A DNA stretch of 32,000 bases, from assembly GCF_018398935.1 (NCBI RefSeq), contig NZ_CP074694.1:1140001-1172000 (forward strand), written 5' to 3'. A program made the translations under genes and the position numbers. This DNA is from Telmatocola sphagniphila. Lineage in GTDB: Bacteria > Planctomycetota > Planctomycetia > Gemmatales > Gemmataceae. Shown in pieces: positions 22,953-32,000 of the stretch. The notes under the pieces are model-generated. The model worked only from the letters and a program-made list of their open reading frames with translations. It ran no database searches and had not been told where the DNA came from. The first letter of the stretch is position 1. Each line of letters begins with the position of its first letter.

Positions 22953-25064
22953 TCAAACTTTGGAAACTTCGACCAGATTGTCGAAAAACGTCGCACCGCC
23001 GCCCAGATCGGTGAGCTTTGTGCTGGTGAGCGTGTTGCAATTCTGCCCGTCGTGCGTGTCTTTGTTCCACCAGATTCCCAAGACAACGATCACTCCCGGT
23101 TTTGTCTCTTCACCCACATTCGCACGGCAGCGATATTTGCCGCGTGTGCTTCGAACTTCGACCAGATCACCCGCTAAGATCCCTCGTTGCGACGCATCCG
23201 TTTGATGCATCTCAAGGCGGGGTTCTCCGGCCTCTTTACGATTTCGATCCAGGTTGGCAAAACTGGAATTCAGGAATGCCGGCTCCGGTGGAGTAATCAT
23301 CTGCAGCGGAAACTCGCGAGCCAGAGCGGAACCATCTAGAGCATCTTCATGAGGCGGAACATAGCAGGGCAGGGGATCAAAGCCCATTTGCTTCAGCCGT
23401 TTGCTATAGAACTCACATTTTCCCGAAGCCGTTCCAAATTTCCCTTCGACGAAAGGGGCATAATCCTTCGGTAGATGGAGCCGTACGGGTCCCTTTTTTG
23501 TGCTTTCGAGCGTTACACCCGTAAAAGCTTCAGCGGCGGGATAGCCATTGGCACCGGCGTGAGGCTTCAAGCAAAGTGCGGCCAACTCTTCATCGCTGAT
23601 CTCGAATAGTTCTGGCTCGAGGTTCATGGCCCGTGCCAGGAGCCGAAATACTTCGTTGTTCGGTTTCGCTTCGTAAAGCGGCTCGATTGCGGGATTGTTC
23701 GACTGAATGTAGAAATGGCCGTAGGTGTTGTGGATATCGAAATGTTCGAGTTGTGTAGTGGCGGGTAAAACAATATCGGCATATTCGGCGGTGTCGGTCA
23801 GGAATTGTTCGTGTACGACCGTGAACAGGTCCTCGCGCTTTAACCCTTGAATTACCCGGGATTGGTCTGGGCAGACCGAGGCCGGGTTGGAGTTGTAAAC
23901 GTAGAGTGCTTTAACCGGTGGCGGGCCGAGTTGATTGTGCAAAGCCTCGGCTAACTGGACCATGTTTATGGTGCGGGTTTTCGGAGGAATTAAATCGGGC
24001 CGCTCTAGGGCTTCACTATCGAATGGAGCGAGCTTGCTCGTGGAGAGCAGGGCACCCCCGCCTGGATATCGCCAGGCGCCGCTGATCGCCGGGATGCAGC
24101 AGATGTTGCGAACGGCCATACCGCCGCCGCCGTGCCGCTGCAACCCGTAATTGAGGCGTATCAGAGAAGGGCCACCACGATCTTGCAGAGATAGGGCGTA
24201 TTCTCGGGTCAGCAGTTCGATATCTAGTTGCGGGATTCCCGTGATCTGAGAAATTTTCTCGAGTGGATACTCTCGAAATAATTTCTGTTTGAGTTCTTCT
24301 GTCCCCAAACAGTAACGATCCAAATAATCCTGATCGACAAGATTGTCCCGAAACAGGATGAGCATCATACCCAGCGCCAGAGCGCCGTCAGTTCCGGGTC
24401 GAATGGGAATCCACCAATCGCTTTTCCGCGCCGTTTCCGACCTATATGGATCTATGGTGACAATCTTCGCGCCGCGCTTGCGGGCTTGAAACATAATCGC
24501 CCAGAGATGGCTGTTGGTGACTGCGGTATTGGAGCCCCAGTTGATGATGTACCGGCTATGAATCACAGCTTCGGGATCAATCACCGCCCGTGTGCCCAAG
24601 GTCATATCCGAGCCGACTCCTCCGGCCGTGGCGCAAATCGTTCGATCCAAAAGCGAAGCACCGATGCGATTGAAAAAGCGCCGATCTAGCGAAGATCCTT
24701 GAAGTTTCCCCATGGTCCCCGCATAACTGTAAGGCAGAATCGCCTGAGGTCCATGTTCGGAACGAATTATCGACTGGAATCGCTCGGCAATCTCTCGGAT
24801 CGCGGAATCCCAGGAGATTCGTTCGAATTGGCCGGATCCTTTGGGTCCGGTTCGTCTCAAAGGGTATTGCAATCGCTCGGGATGGTAAACTCGCTCGAGA
24901 TAGTTGGCCACTTTTCGACAGAGAAACCCTTTGGTAAACGGATGGTCTTTATCCCCCCGAAAATCGGTAGCCTTACCATCTTCCACGGTAATAACAAAAC
25001 CGCAGGTATCGGGGCAGTCATGCGGGCAAACCCCTTTGACAGTTTTCAGGGAGAGCGAAGCCAT
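22953..25064 (-). CDS. Cytoplasmic molybdopterin (bis-MGD) oxidoreductase of the DMSO-reductase superfamily; substrate unknown.
   Basis: The N-terminal 4Fe-4S motif is CPHDCPDTCG...FLCRK (C-x2-C-x3-C...C), and there is no TAT signal. The length and motifs are MopB-like (ICATAGG, ALYVYNSNP), and a C-terminal molybdopterin dinucleotide-binding-like beta-barrel is present (GDLVEVRSTRG). Confidence 0.88.
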   Translation of the reverse strand: MASLSLKTVKGVCPHDCPDTCGFVITVEDGKATDFRGDKDHPFTKGFLCRKVANYLERVYHPERLQYPLRRTGPKGSGQFERISWDSAIREIAERFQSIIRSEHGPQAILPYSYAGTMGKLQGSSLDRRFFNRIGASLLDRTICATAGGVGSDMTLGTRAVIDPEAVIHSRYIINWGSNTAVTNSHLWAIMFQARKRGAKIVTIDPYRSETARKSDWWIPIRPGTDGALALGMMLILFRDNLVDQDYLDRYCLGTEELKQKLFREYPLEKISQITGIPQLDIELLTREYALSLQDRGGPSLIRLNYGLQRHGGGGMAVRNICCIPAISGAWRYPGGGALLSTSKLAPFDSEALERPDLIPPKTRTINMVQLAEALHNQLGPPPVKALYVYNSNPASVCPDQSRVIQGLKREDLFTVVHEQFLTDTAEYADIVLPATTQLEHFDIHNTYGHFYIQSNNPAIEPLYEAKPNNEVFRLLARAMNLEPELFEISDEELAALCLKPHAGANGYPAAEAFTGVTLESTKKGPVRLHLPKDYAPFVEGKFGTASGKCEFYSKRLKQMGFDPLPCYVPPHEDALDGSALAREFPLQMITPPEPAFLNSSFANLDRNRKEAGEPRLEMHQTDASQRGILAGDLVEVRSTRGKYRCRANVGEETKPGVIVVLGIWWNKDTHDGQNCNTLTSTKLTDLGGGATFFDNLVEVSKV

Positions 25065-25076
25065 TGCAACGATCCT

Positions 25077-26093
25077 TTACAGAGAGACAATTTTCCCCGT
25101 TCTTACGGATTCAATTTCTTTGTGACACATTACCAGGGCATCTCGAGCGAGTTGCCCATCGAGTAATGCCGATTTTTTCCCGGAGAGGACCGAATTCACT
25201 GCTTCGGTGATTTCCGCGGTAAAGGAATCGACGGGATCGCCTCCGGGCAGGTTCGGGTGATCAATGCTACCGTCCTCCTGGTAGACGGTCAGAGGTATGG
25301 CACCCGATTCGTAAACGATCGTCGCTTTTTCAAAATAAAGTTCATAGCCGTGGACGAAAGGACGGCCTTTCATGGTCACAGCTCCGGAAGTACAGGTGAT
25401 CGCGGATCCGCCCGGATAGCCGTAAGTGGTGGTCAGATGCTGTACGGTCTCTTTCTCAACGTAGCCAGCGGAAGATACCGTTTTTGGCATACCAAAATTC
25501 AGTCGGATGAAATGCGTATCATGCACGTGCAGATCGACCGCCGGCCCACCGGTTTTAGAGGCGTCGCCGATGTCGGCCGACCAGTCCGGTCGGGAAATAA
25601 TGCGGCGGAAGTGTCCCGCCATAAGTTTGCCGAATTTGTTGGAACTAATCAACTGGCGAGCGTAATCGAAATCGGGGAAGAACGGTAAGACGTGAGCGAC
25701 CATCAACATTTTGCCACTGACTTTGGCAGCCGCCATCATCGCGTCAGCGCCTTCCGGGGTCAAGGCAATCGCCTTTTCCACAAGGACGTGCTTGCCGGCC
25801 TTCAATGCGGCGATTGCCGTGTGAGGGTGTTGATCCGTCGGATTGCAGATATCGATCAGATCGATTTCGGGGTCCGAGAGTAAGTCTTCCAGGTTCGCAT
25901 ATTTTTTGATGCCGCTGAGATCCATCTGCTCACCGGGAGGGCCGAAATTTCCCCGAATCGAAGTCCAGTCGCCCGCCAGTTTTTTAGGATCGCGGCTACA
26001 GACCGCCGTCACTTGAGCACCGGTGACCTTCCTACCTGCCAGGTAGTGGATCATCCCCATGAAGCCCAATCCAACGATCCCAATTCGAAGCAT
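25077..26093 (-). CDS. Gfo/Idh/MocA-family NAD(P)-dependent oxidoreductase.
   Basis: The N-terminus has a Rossmann motif (MLRIGIVGLGFMGMIHY) and HVLVEKA, which is typical of the family. I chose the ATG at 26093 because it is preceded by GGAAGG; the track's start at 26165 is a TTG. Confidence 0.88.
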   Translation of the reverse strand: MLRIGIVGLGFMGMIHYLAGRKVTGAQVTAVCSRDPKKLAGDWTSIRGNFGPPGEQMDLSGIKKYANLEDLLSDPEIDLIDICNPTDQHPHTAIAALKAGKHVLVEKAIALTPEGADAMMAAAKVSGKMLMVAHVLPFFPDFDYARQLISSNKFGKLMAGHFRRIISRPDWSADIGDASKTGGPAVDLHVHDTHFIRLNFGMPKTVSSAGYVEKETVQHLTTTYGYPGGSAITCTSGAVTMKGRPFVHGYELYFEKATIVYESGAIPLTVYQEDGSIDHPNLPGGDPVDSFTAEITEAVNSVLSGKKSALLDGQLARDALVMCHKEIESVRTGKIVSL

Positions 26094-26201
26094 ATCGACC
26101 TTCCGGAGAGCAGTAATTCCGATATTTTGGTGTTGAAGAAATTCTAGCGAAGAAATCGGATTCAAATAGATTCGAAACGGGAGATGGCTTGGACGGGAGA
26201 T

Positions 26202-26232
26202 CCTCCCCAGTTGGTTAATCCAACCGGGGAGG
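26202..26232 (-). terminator. Strong hairpin immediately downstream of glgP (candidate terminator without a U-tract).
   Basis: cctcccc a gttgg ttaat ccaac c ggggagg forms 12 bp of stem with one internal mismatch and a 5-nt loop. It begins 6 nt after the glgP stop codon (26239-26241). Confidence 0.4.
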
Positions 26233-26238
26233 AGTTAT

Positions 26239-28800
26239 TTAAGCCCAGGTAATCAGATTGGGTTCGAAGGCGTTGAACAGCAGTTCGTTCCTGGGAACCA
26301 CACGCAGGCAGTAGCCGTAGTAACCACTCGCTTTGCAGGGGACTTTACCCGTGTATTGGAGCGAGCCGTTCTGGACGTTACCATCGGTAGTGAGAGTCAC
26401 TGTGTGCGGCTGCGAAATCTCACCCGCATTATCGGTCGGACCATGATAGAGCTGGACCTCTACCTCTTGGGGAGAGATCTCTCCCAGATGGACTTTGACC
26501 TGAACGTTCAAAGATTCCCCAACGCGAATGTGATCACCGGTTGTAACGTCCACATTTTCAAATCGAATCTGAGGCCAACGAGCGCTGGTATAAACTTTCC
26601 AATTCGCCAATTCCTTGGCTTTCGAAAAGTTGTCCGCAATCAGCTTGGTGTGGCGTTCCTGTGACGGCAGATAGCAAACCTTGGCATACTCCGACACCAT
26701 GCGGTTGGTGTTGAACACCGGGACATTAGTGAGGATCGAACGCTTCATGCGGTGAATCCAGCCGCGCGGCAATCCATCCGCCCCTCGGTTATAAAACAGT
26801 GGCACGATGTCGCGTTCGATGAGTTCGTAGATCGCTCGACCTTCCACCTCGTCCTGATAGTTGGTGTCTGTGTACTCTTCCCCAGCGCCAATCGCCCAGC
26901 CGTTGTCGCCCGCGTAACCCTCATCCCACCAACCGTCGAGAATACTCAGATTCAAACCGCCGTTGCAACAGACCTTCATTCCCGACGTACCACTGGCTTC
27001 CAGAGGACGGCGAGGATTGTTCAGCCACACATCTACGCCCTGAATCAGATGTCGGGCAATATTCATGTCGTAATCTTCCAGGAAAACGACTCGGCCGCGT
27101 AATTCCGGCCGCCGCGCAAACTGTACAACCTGGGCGATGAAGTCCTTGCCGGCGTTGTCCTTGGGATGCGCTTTGCCGGAGAAAATGAGCTGCACCGGCC
27201 GTTTGGGATCATTCAGAATTTTTGCGAGCCGTTCGATGTATCGGAAGACCAGTGTCCCGCGCTTGTAGGTCGCAAAACGGCGAGCGAAGCCGATGGTCAG
27301 AGCTTCGGGATCTAAAACTTCCTCCGCAGCTGCGACTTCCGAAGGAGGTGAACCCCGTTTGACGAGTTGGGCTTTCAGCCGATTGCGGGCCAAGGTGACC
27401 AGTCGCTCACGGCGATGTTCATGAGCTCGCCAGAGTTCTCCATCGGGAATTTTTTCGATCTTGGTCCAGATTTCGAAGTTCGTCGGCTGCTCGGTCCAGT
27501 CCCGGCCCAGATAGCGGTTGTACAGGTGTTCGATTTGCGGTGCGATCCAGGTTTGAGTGTGCACACCGTTGGTGATCGAGGTAATCGGAATCTCGACTTC
27601 GGAAAGTTCTGGCCAGATCGAGTTCCACATCTTTCGGGAGACTTTTCCGTGCAGTTGGCTGACGCCGTTGCTGGTGTTGGAAATCCGGATGGCCAGAACA
27701 GTCATGCTGAAAGGTTCGCCGCCATTGTTCGGCTTTTCGCGGCCTAGGTTCAGGAAGGTGTTCCGATCAATTCGCAGCGAATGGATGTACTCGCCGAAAT
27801 AATGATCCATCATCCCTTCCGGGAAAGCATCATTGCCCGCCGGGACTGGAGTATGAGTCGTAAAGCAGGTGCCCGCTTTCACGGCCTCGGAAGCAACTGC
27901 GAAATCCATATTGAAGTCTTCGATGTAGACTCGAATACGTTCCAGCGCAGAGAAGGCAGAATGCCCCTCGTTCATATGGCAAATGGAAGGGGACTTACCC
28001 AGAGCCTTCAGGGCTCGAATGCCGCCAATTCCCAGCACAATTTCCTGTTGAATTCGGGTATGCTGATCGCCGCCGTAGAGCTGCGAGGTAATCGCGCGAT
28101 CTTCCGGTCGATTTTGGGGGATATTGCAATCGAGAAGATACAGCGGGATGCGGCCGACTTGAATCCGCCAGATTTTCACGAAAACTTCCCGGCCCGGCAG
28201 CGGCACGGAAATGAGAATGGGACTGCCGTCTGGCTTGGTCTCCAAGATCAGCGGTAAATTGAAAAAGTCATTTTCGGGATATAACTCCTGTTGCCAGCCG
28301 TCGATGTTGAGGTACTGGCGGAAATAGCCCTCACGGTACATGAGGCTTACGCCACAGAGTGGAACCCCTAAGTCGCTGGCGGATTTCAAATGATCCCCGG
28401 CCAGGATGCCTAGGCCGCCGGAGTAGACCGGCACACTTTCATGGATTCCGAATTCTGCACTGAAGTAAGCGATTTGAATGTCATTGTTTTCGGCATAATG
28501 GCTCTGCCACCAGGTTTTAGCTTTCATGTAGCGATCGAGCATTTCCTCGACGCGATCCATGTTGTCCAAAAAGCCCGAGTCCTTCGCCAATTCTTCAAAA
28601 CGTTCCTGCGGCACCGCCCCCAATAGTTTAATCGGACTGTGGTTGAGCTTGTCGAAGAGATCGATATCGATGCGGCGAAAGAGTGCGACGGCTTCCAGAT
28701 GCCAGCACCACCATAGATTGTAAGCGATCTTCTGCAGAGCGTGCAGTCGAGTCGGCAGTTGGGGCAAAACGGTGAAGGTGCGAATGTTGCGACGTGGCAT
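26239..28800 (-). CDS. glgP: Alpha-glucan (glycogen/maltodextrin) phosphorylase, GT35, long form with a DUF3417-type N-terminus.
   Basis: The N-terminus LPTRLHALQKIAYNLWWCWH is typical of the alpha-glucan phosphorylase subfamily. GGLGILAGDHLKSASDLG is present, as is the PLP-lysine region LEASGTSGMKVCCNGGLNLSILDGWW. Confidence 0.95.
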   Translation of the reverse strand: MPRRNIRTFTVLPQLPTRLHALQKIAYNLWWCWHLEAVALFRRIDIDLFDKLNHSPIKLLGAVPQERFEELAKDSGFLDNMDRVEEMLDRYMKAKTWWQSHYAENNDIQIAYFSAEFGIHESVPVYSGGLGILAGDHLKSASDLGVPLCGVSLMYREGYFRQYLNIDGWQQELYPENDFFNLPLILETKPDGSPILISVPLPGREVFVKIWRIQVGRIPLYLLDCNIPQNRPEDRAITSQLYGGDQHTRIQQEIVLGIGGIRALKALGKSPSICHMNEGHSAFSALERIRVYIEDFNMDFAVASEAVKAGTCFTTHTPVPAGNDAFPEGMMDHYFGEYIHSLRIDRNTFLNLGREKPNNGGEPFSMTVLAIRISNTSNGVSQLHGKVSRKMWNSIWPELSEVEIPITSITNGVHTQTWIAPQIEHLYNRYLGRDWTEQPTNFEIWTKIEKIPDGELWRAHEHRRERLVTLARNRLKAQLVKRGSPPSEVAAAEEVLDPEALTIGFARRFATYKRGTLVFRYIERLAKILNDPKRPVQLIFSGKAHPKDNAGKDFIAQVVQFARRPELRGRVVFLEDYDMNIARHLIQGVDVWLNNPRRPLEASGTSGMKVCCNGGLNLSILDGWWDEGYAGDNGWAIGAGEEYTDTNYQDEVEGRAIYELIERDIVPLFYNRGADGLPRGWIHRMKRSILTNVPVFNTNRMVSEYAKVCYLPSQERHTKLIADNFSKAKELANWKVYTSARWPQIRFENVDVTTGDHIRVGESLNVQVKVHLGEISPQEVEVQLYHGPTDNAGEISQPHTVTLTTDGNVQNGSLQYTGKVPCKASGYYGYCLRVVPRNELLFNAFEPNLITWA

Positions 28801-28980
28801 ATTTGATCCTAAAACCGGAAAACAAACCTAATCAATCCAGAACAGCGAGAGAGGTTCGAATTCTGAAGGCTTTCGTAATCTAGCAATTGAACTCAAGTTC
28901 ATCAACGCGAATGGGTTTCGCTCAATAGGATTTCATTATCCGAGTAAACTCTAGTACACGCTTTCTGATGGGATTCTGGA

Positions 28981-30984
28981 ATGTCTTCGATCGAAGAATT
29001 CGGTTTCATTCGAGTGGCAGCCGCCAGCCCGGCGATTCGACTCGCCGATCCGAATTACAATGCCCAGGCGGTCATTGAGCTTTGTAGCAGAGCCGAGAAG
29101 GAAGGTGTCGCGGTTCTCGTTTTCCCTGAACTCTGCCTGACTGGTTACACCTGCAACGATCTTTTTCACCATCAGAAGCTACGGCAAGGAGCTTTAGAGG
29201 CGCTACAGAAAATCCTTCTCTTCAGTCAGGATGGTTTCACCGGCCTGATTGTTGTCGGGTTACCAATAGTTATCGACGATCAACTCTTCAACTGCGCGGC
29301 GATCCTGCAAAGCGGACATTTGTTGGGAATTGTCCCGAAAACGTTCCTGCCCAATTACAAAGAATTCTACGACGCCCGTTTCTTTACTTCCGCCCATCGA
29401 TTACGATCTCAGCAGGTCCTGCTTTTCGGTAAAAGTACACCGGTAGGAACCGATCTTCTGTTCGGAAATATCCGTAGCGGTGCCGTTGTAGGTGTGGAAA
29501 TTTGTGAAGATCTTTGGGTGCCAGTCCCACCCAGTTCTTTGCAGGCCACGCAGGGCGCGAATCTGCTGTTGAATCTCAGTGCGAGTAATGAAACTATCGG
29601 AAAAGTCGCCTATCGGCGGACTTTAGTGGAAAGTCAATCGGCTCGCTGCATCGCAGGCTACATCTACGCTTCTTCCGGAACGGGCGAATCGACCACTGAT
29701 CTTGTGTTCGGCGGCCACTGTCTGATTGCCGAAAATGGTTCATTTCTGGCAGAATCTCAGAGATTTTCGAAAGCCGATCATCTGGTTATTTCAGATATCG
29801 ATTTGGATCGCCTGCAATTCAATCGCATGCAAACGACAAGCTTTGGAGATCAGTTCAGCGATGTTGCTTGGACGAAGAAATTTCGTTTCGTCGATTTTGA
29901 GATAGCCGAACGCTCGAAGCATCGGAATTTATTGAGATTTTTAGACCCTCACCCGTTCGTACCCAGCGCACAGGATCAGCTGAAGGAACGCTGCGAAGAG
30001 ATTTTCCATATTCAGACGGCTGGACTGGGCCGCCGACTGGAACAAACGAAGTTTCCGCGGACGGCCATCGGAGTCTCGGGTGGTTTGGATTCAACGCTGG
30101 CATTACTTGTTCTCTGTAAAACGCTCGATCAGTGTGAGCAAAAAAGAACTTCAATCCGCGCTCTGACGATGCCCGGTTTCGGTACCAGTAGCCGTACCAA
30201 AAATAATGCGATTCGACTGATGCAAAGCCTGGGAGTTACTCACGAAGAAATCGATATTCGTGAAATTTGCCTGGCGGAAATGAAATTGTTGGGACAAAAG
30301 CCGTTTGGGATCGATTTAGAGGGGCTTAATGTCGGACAGTTCGTCGAGAAATTGAAAACGCTTCCGCCGGAAAAAAACAGCGATGTGGGCTTTGAAAATG
30401 TTCAGGCACGCGTCCGTACCAATCTACTCATGAATTCCGGCATGGTGGTCGGTACGGGAGATCTATCCGAACTGGCCCTAGGCTGGTGTACCTACAACGC
30501 CGATCACATGAGCATGTACAATGTGAATGTCAGCGTACCCAAGACCCTGGTCAAATTCCTGGTGAAGTGGGCGGCCGAGAACGAATTCTCGGGTGAAGCT
30601 CGAAATATTCTGCTCGATATCGTCGATACGGAAATTTCTCCGGAACTTTTACCTCTTGGACCGGAAGGCAAAATTCAGCTCACCGAATCGGTGGTCGGCC
30701 CCTACGAATTGGTCGATTTCTTTCTCTACCACTTTTTGCGTTTCGGTTGCTCCCCGCGAAAGATCCTGTTCCTGGCCAGTCAGACCTCATTCGATGGCCA
30801 GTATTCGCCGGAGGAAATTCGGAAGTGGTTGAAAATCTTCATATCGAGGTTTTTCAACAATCAATTCAAACGCTCCTGCTTGCCGGACGGTCCGAAGGTC
30901 GGCTCGGTGTCCCTCTCCCCGCGGGGAGATTGGCGAATGCCAAGTGATGCGTCGGCCGATCTGTGGCTTTTGGAACTGGAATGA
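28981..30984 (+). CDS. nadE: Glutamine-dependent NAD+ synthetase: an N-terminal nitrilase/CN-hydrolase domain plus a C-terminal NAD synthetase domain.
   Basis: The CN-hydrolase catalytic context is present (VLVFPEL ... GVEICEDLW). The PP-loop GVSGGLDST is present, and the 667-aa length is typical of the large two-domain NadE. Confidence 0.93.
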   Translation: MSSIEEFGFIRVAAASPAIRLADPNYNAQAVIELCSRAEKEGVAVLVFPELCLTGYTCNDLFHHQKLRQGALEALQKILLFSQDGFTGLIVVGLPIVIDDQLFNCAAILQSGHLLGIVPKTFLPNYKEFYDARFFTSAHRLRSQQVLLFGKSTPVGTDLLFGNIRSGAVVGVEICEDLWVPVPPSSLQATQGANLLLNLSASNETIGKVAYRRTLVESQSARCIAGYIYASSGTGESTTDLVFGGHCLIAENGSFLAESQRFSKADHLVISDIDLDRLQFNRMQTTSFGDQFSDVAWTKKFRFVDFEIAERSKHRNLLRFLDPHPFVPSAQDQLKERCEEIFHIQTAGLGRRLEQTKFPRTAIGVSGGLDSTLALLVLCKTLDQCEQKRTSIRALTMPGFGTSSRTKNNAIRLMQSLGVTHEEIDIREICLAEMKLLGQKPFGIDLEGLNVGQFVEKLKTLPPEKNSDVGFENVQARVRTNLLMNSGMVVGTGDLSELALGWCTYNADHMSMYNVNVSVPKTLVKFLVKWAAENEFSGEARNILLDIVDTEISPELLPLGPEGKIQLTESVVGPYELVDFFLYHFLRFGCSPRKILFLASQTSFDGQYSPEEIRKWLKIFISRFFNNQFKRSCLPDGPKVGSVSLSPRGDWRMPSDASADLWLLELE

Positions 30985-31044
30985 ATCAACTAAGCAGCGA
31001 ACTGTTTCCTATAATTATGGGAAGCCTCCCGATAAAGGAATAAC

Positions 31045-31974
31045 ATGAACACAATCAATCGCCGGCAAGCTCTCACGGCGGCGGCAATCCCCATTTTCGC
31101 AAGCTCCGTTCAAGCCAAAGTCACGGACAAGAAATCGACTTTCGGATTCTGCCTGAATACCAGTACCATCCGCGGCCAGAAGCTGCCTGTGGAAGAGGAA
31201 GCGAAACTAGCGGCCAAAGCAGGCTATAACGGCTTCGAGCCTTGGATTTTCGAACTGGACGCTTATTCCCGAAGCGGCAAATCGTTAAAGGATTTGGGAA
31301 AGCTCTTCGCCGATCTGGGCTTGCAGGTACCCAGTGCCATTGGCTTTGCCAAGTGGATTGCGGAGGATGAAAAAGTTCGCAAGGCAGGGCTGGAAGAAGC
31401 GAAACGGGACATGGATAAGTTGCAGCAGATTGGCGGACAACGCATGGCCGCTCCTCCGATTGGGGCAACCGATGTCAGCGGGATGGATATGCTGAAAATC
31501 GCCGAGCGATTTCGGGTGCTCGTGGAACTAGGCGAGCAGATGGGGATTATTCCCGAATGCGAACACTGGGGACATTCCAAAACTTTGAGCCGATTAGGGG
31601 AAGTCACCCTTGTCGCTATGGAATCTAAACGACCCAAGGCGGTTCTACTCCCGGATATTTTCCACCTGTTCAAAGGTGGATCCGATTTCGAAGGTTTGAA
31701 GATGCTTCGGGGAGAATCGATTGGGATCTTCCATATGAACGATTACCCGAAAGATTTACCGCGCGAACGCATCAAGGATGCGGATCGGATCTTCCCGGGT
31801 GACGGGATTGCCCCTTTAAACACCGTTCTAAAAACGCTCCACCAGATCGGTTATCAGGGTTTCCTGTCTCTGGAATTGTTCAACCCGGAATATTACAAGC
31901 GAGATGCTTTTCAGGTCATCAAAACCGGTCTGGAGAAGATGAAGGAGCAGGTCGCCAAGAGTGAGGTTAGCTAG
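31045..31974 (+). CDS. TAT-signal sugar-phosphate isomerase/epimerase-like (xylose isomerase-like TIM barrel) protein.
   Basis: It has a twin-arginine signal (MNTINRRQALTAAAIPIFASSVQA). AP-endonuclease-2/xylose-isomerase-like features are present (GYNGFEPW, ECEHWGHS, IFHMNDYP, SLELFNPEY). Confidence 0.8.
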   Translation: MNTINRRQALTAAAIPIFASSVQAKVTDKKSTFGFCLNTSTIRGQKLPVEEEAKLAAKAGYNGFEPWIFELDAYSRSGKSLKDLGKLFADLGLQVPSAIGFAKWIAEDEKVRKAGLEEAKRDMDKLQQIGGQRMAAPPIGATDVSGMDMLKIAERFRVLVELGEQMGIIPECEHWGHSKTLSRLGEVTLVAMESKRPKAVLLPDIFHLFKGGSDFEGLKMLRGESIGIFHMNDYPKDLPRERIKDADRIFPGDGIAPLNTVLKTLHQIGYQGFLSLELFNPEYYKRDAFQVIKTGLEKMKEQVAKSEVS

Positions 31975-32000
31975 CTCCAGGTTGCGAAGGCTCTGGTGGG

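Noticed and set aside
1-32000. A scan for tRNA, rRNA, CRISPR repeats, IS/transposase/integrase genes, long direct or inverted repeats and obvious compositional islands.
   Set aside because: I recognised none. The only recurring elements are short SD-context similarities (for example ggagagcaaac before both ccoO and ccoP) and low-complexity Lys-rich coding tails.

Overview
The window is densely coding chromosomal DNA. Gene content suggests Planctomycetota (ACIII plus cbb3 respiration, an FG-GAP protein, Gfo/Idh/MocA, a TAT-signal xylose-isomerase-like protein, Lys/Pro-rich protein tails); this lineage call is an inference, and no search was run. I saw no rRNA, tRNA, CRISPR, transposase or integrase. 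Nt 1-14570 (minus strand) is one co-directional respiratory supercluster. It encodes alternative complex III (actA, actB, an actC-actD fusion, actE, actF), an orphan membrane protein, ccoS, ccoN, ccoO, a monoheme ccoP-like gene, and a CcoI/FixI-type Cu(I) P1B-ATPase that runs off the left edge. Several junctions are overlapping stop/start codons. Nt 14824-20454 (minus strand) holds the most unusual content: a MotA/TolQ/ExbB-type channel protein, then an Hsp70-NBD-like protein with degenerate ATP-binding motifs. That gene is translationally coupled (ATGA) to a protein with an ExbD/TolR/MotB-like Asp-containing N-terminal TM helix, a roughly 215-residue coiled coil and a MIDAS-intact vWA domain. 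A secreted protein with two SPOR-like repeats and a TauE/SafE permease follow. I do not recognise this combination as any described stator-type system, and it is my best candidate for a novel ion-driven machine. The rest of the window is an FG-GAP propeller protein, a Gfo/Idh/MocA - cytoplasmic molybdopterin oxidoreductase - SGNH hydrolase operon, glgP, nadE and a TAT-exported sugar-phosphate isomerase-like protein. All calls rest on by-eye motif recognition in the supplied translations and in my own translation of the edge-truncated ATPase.
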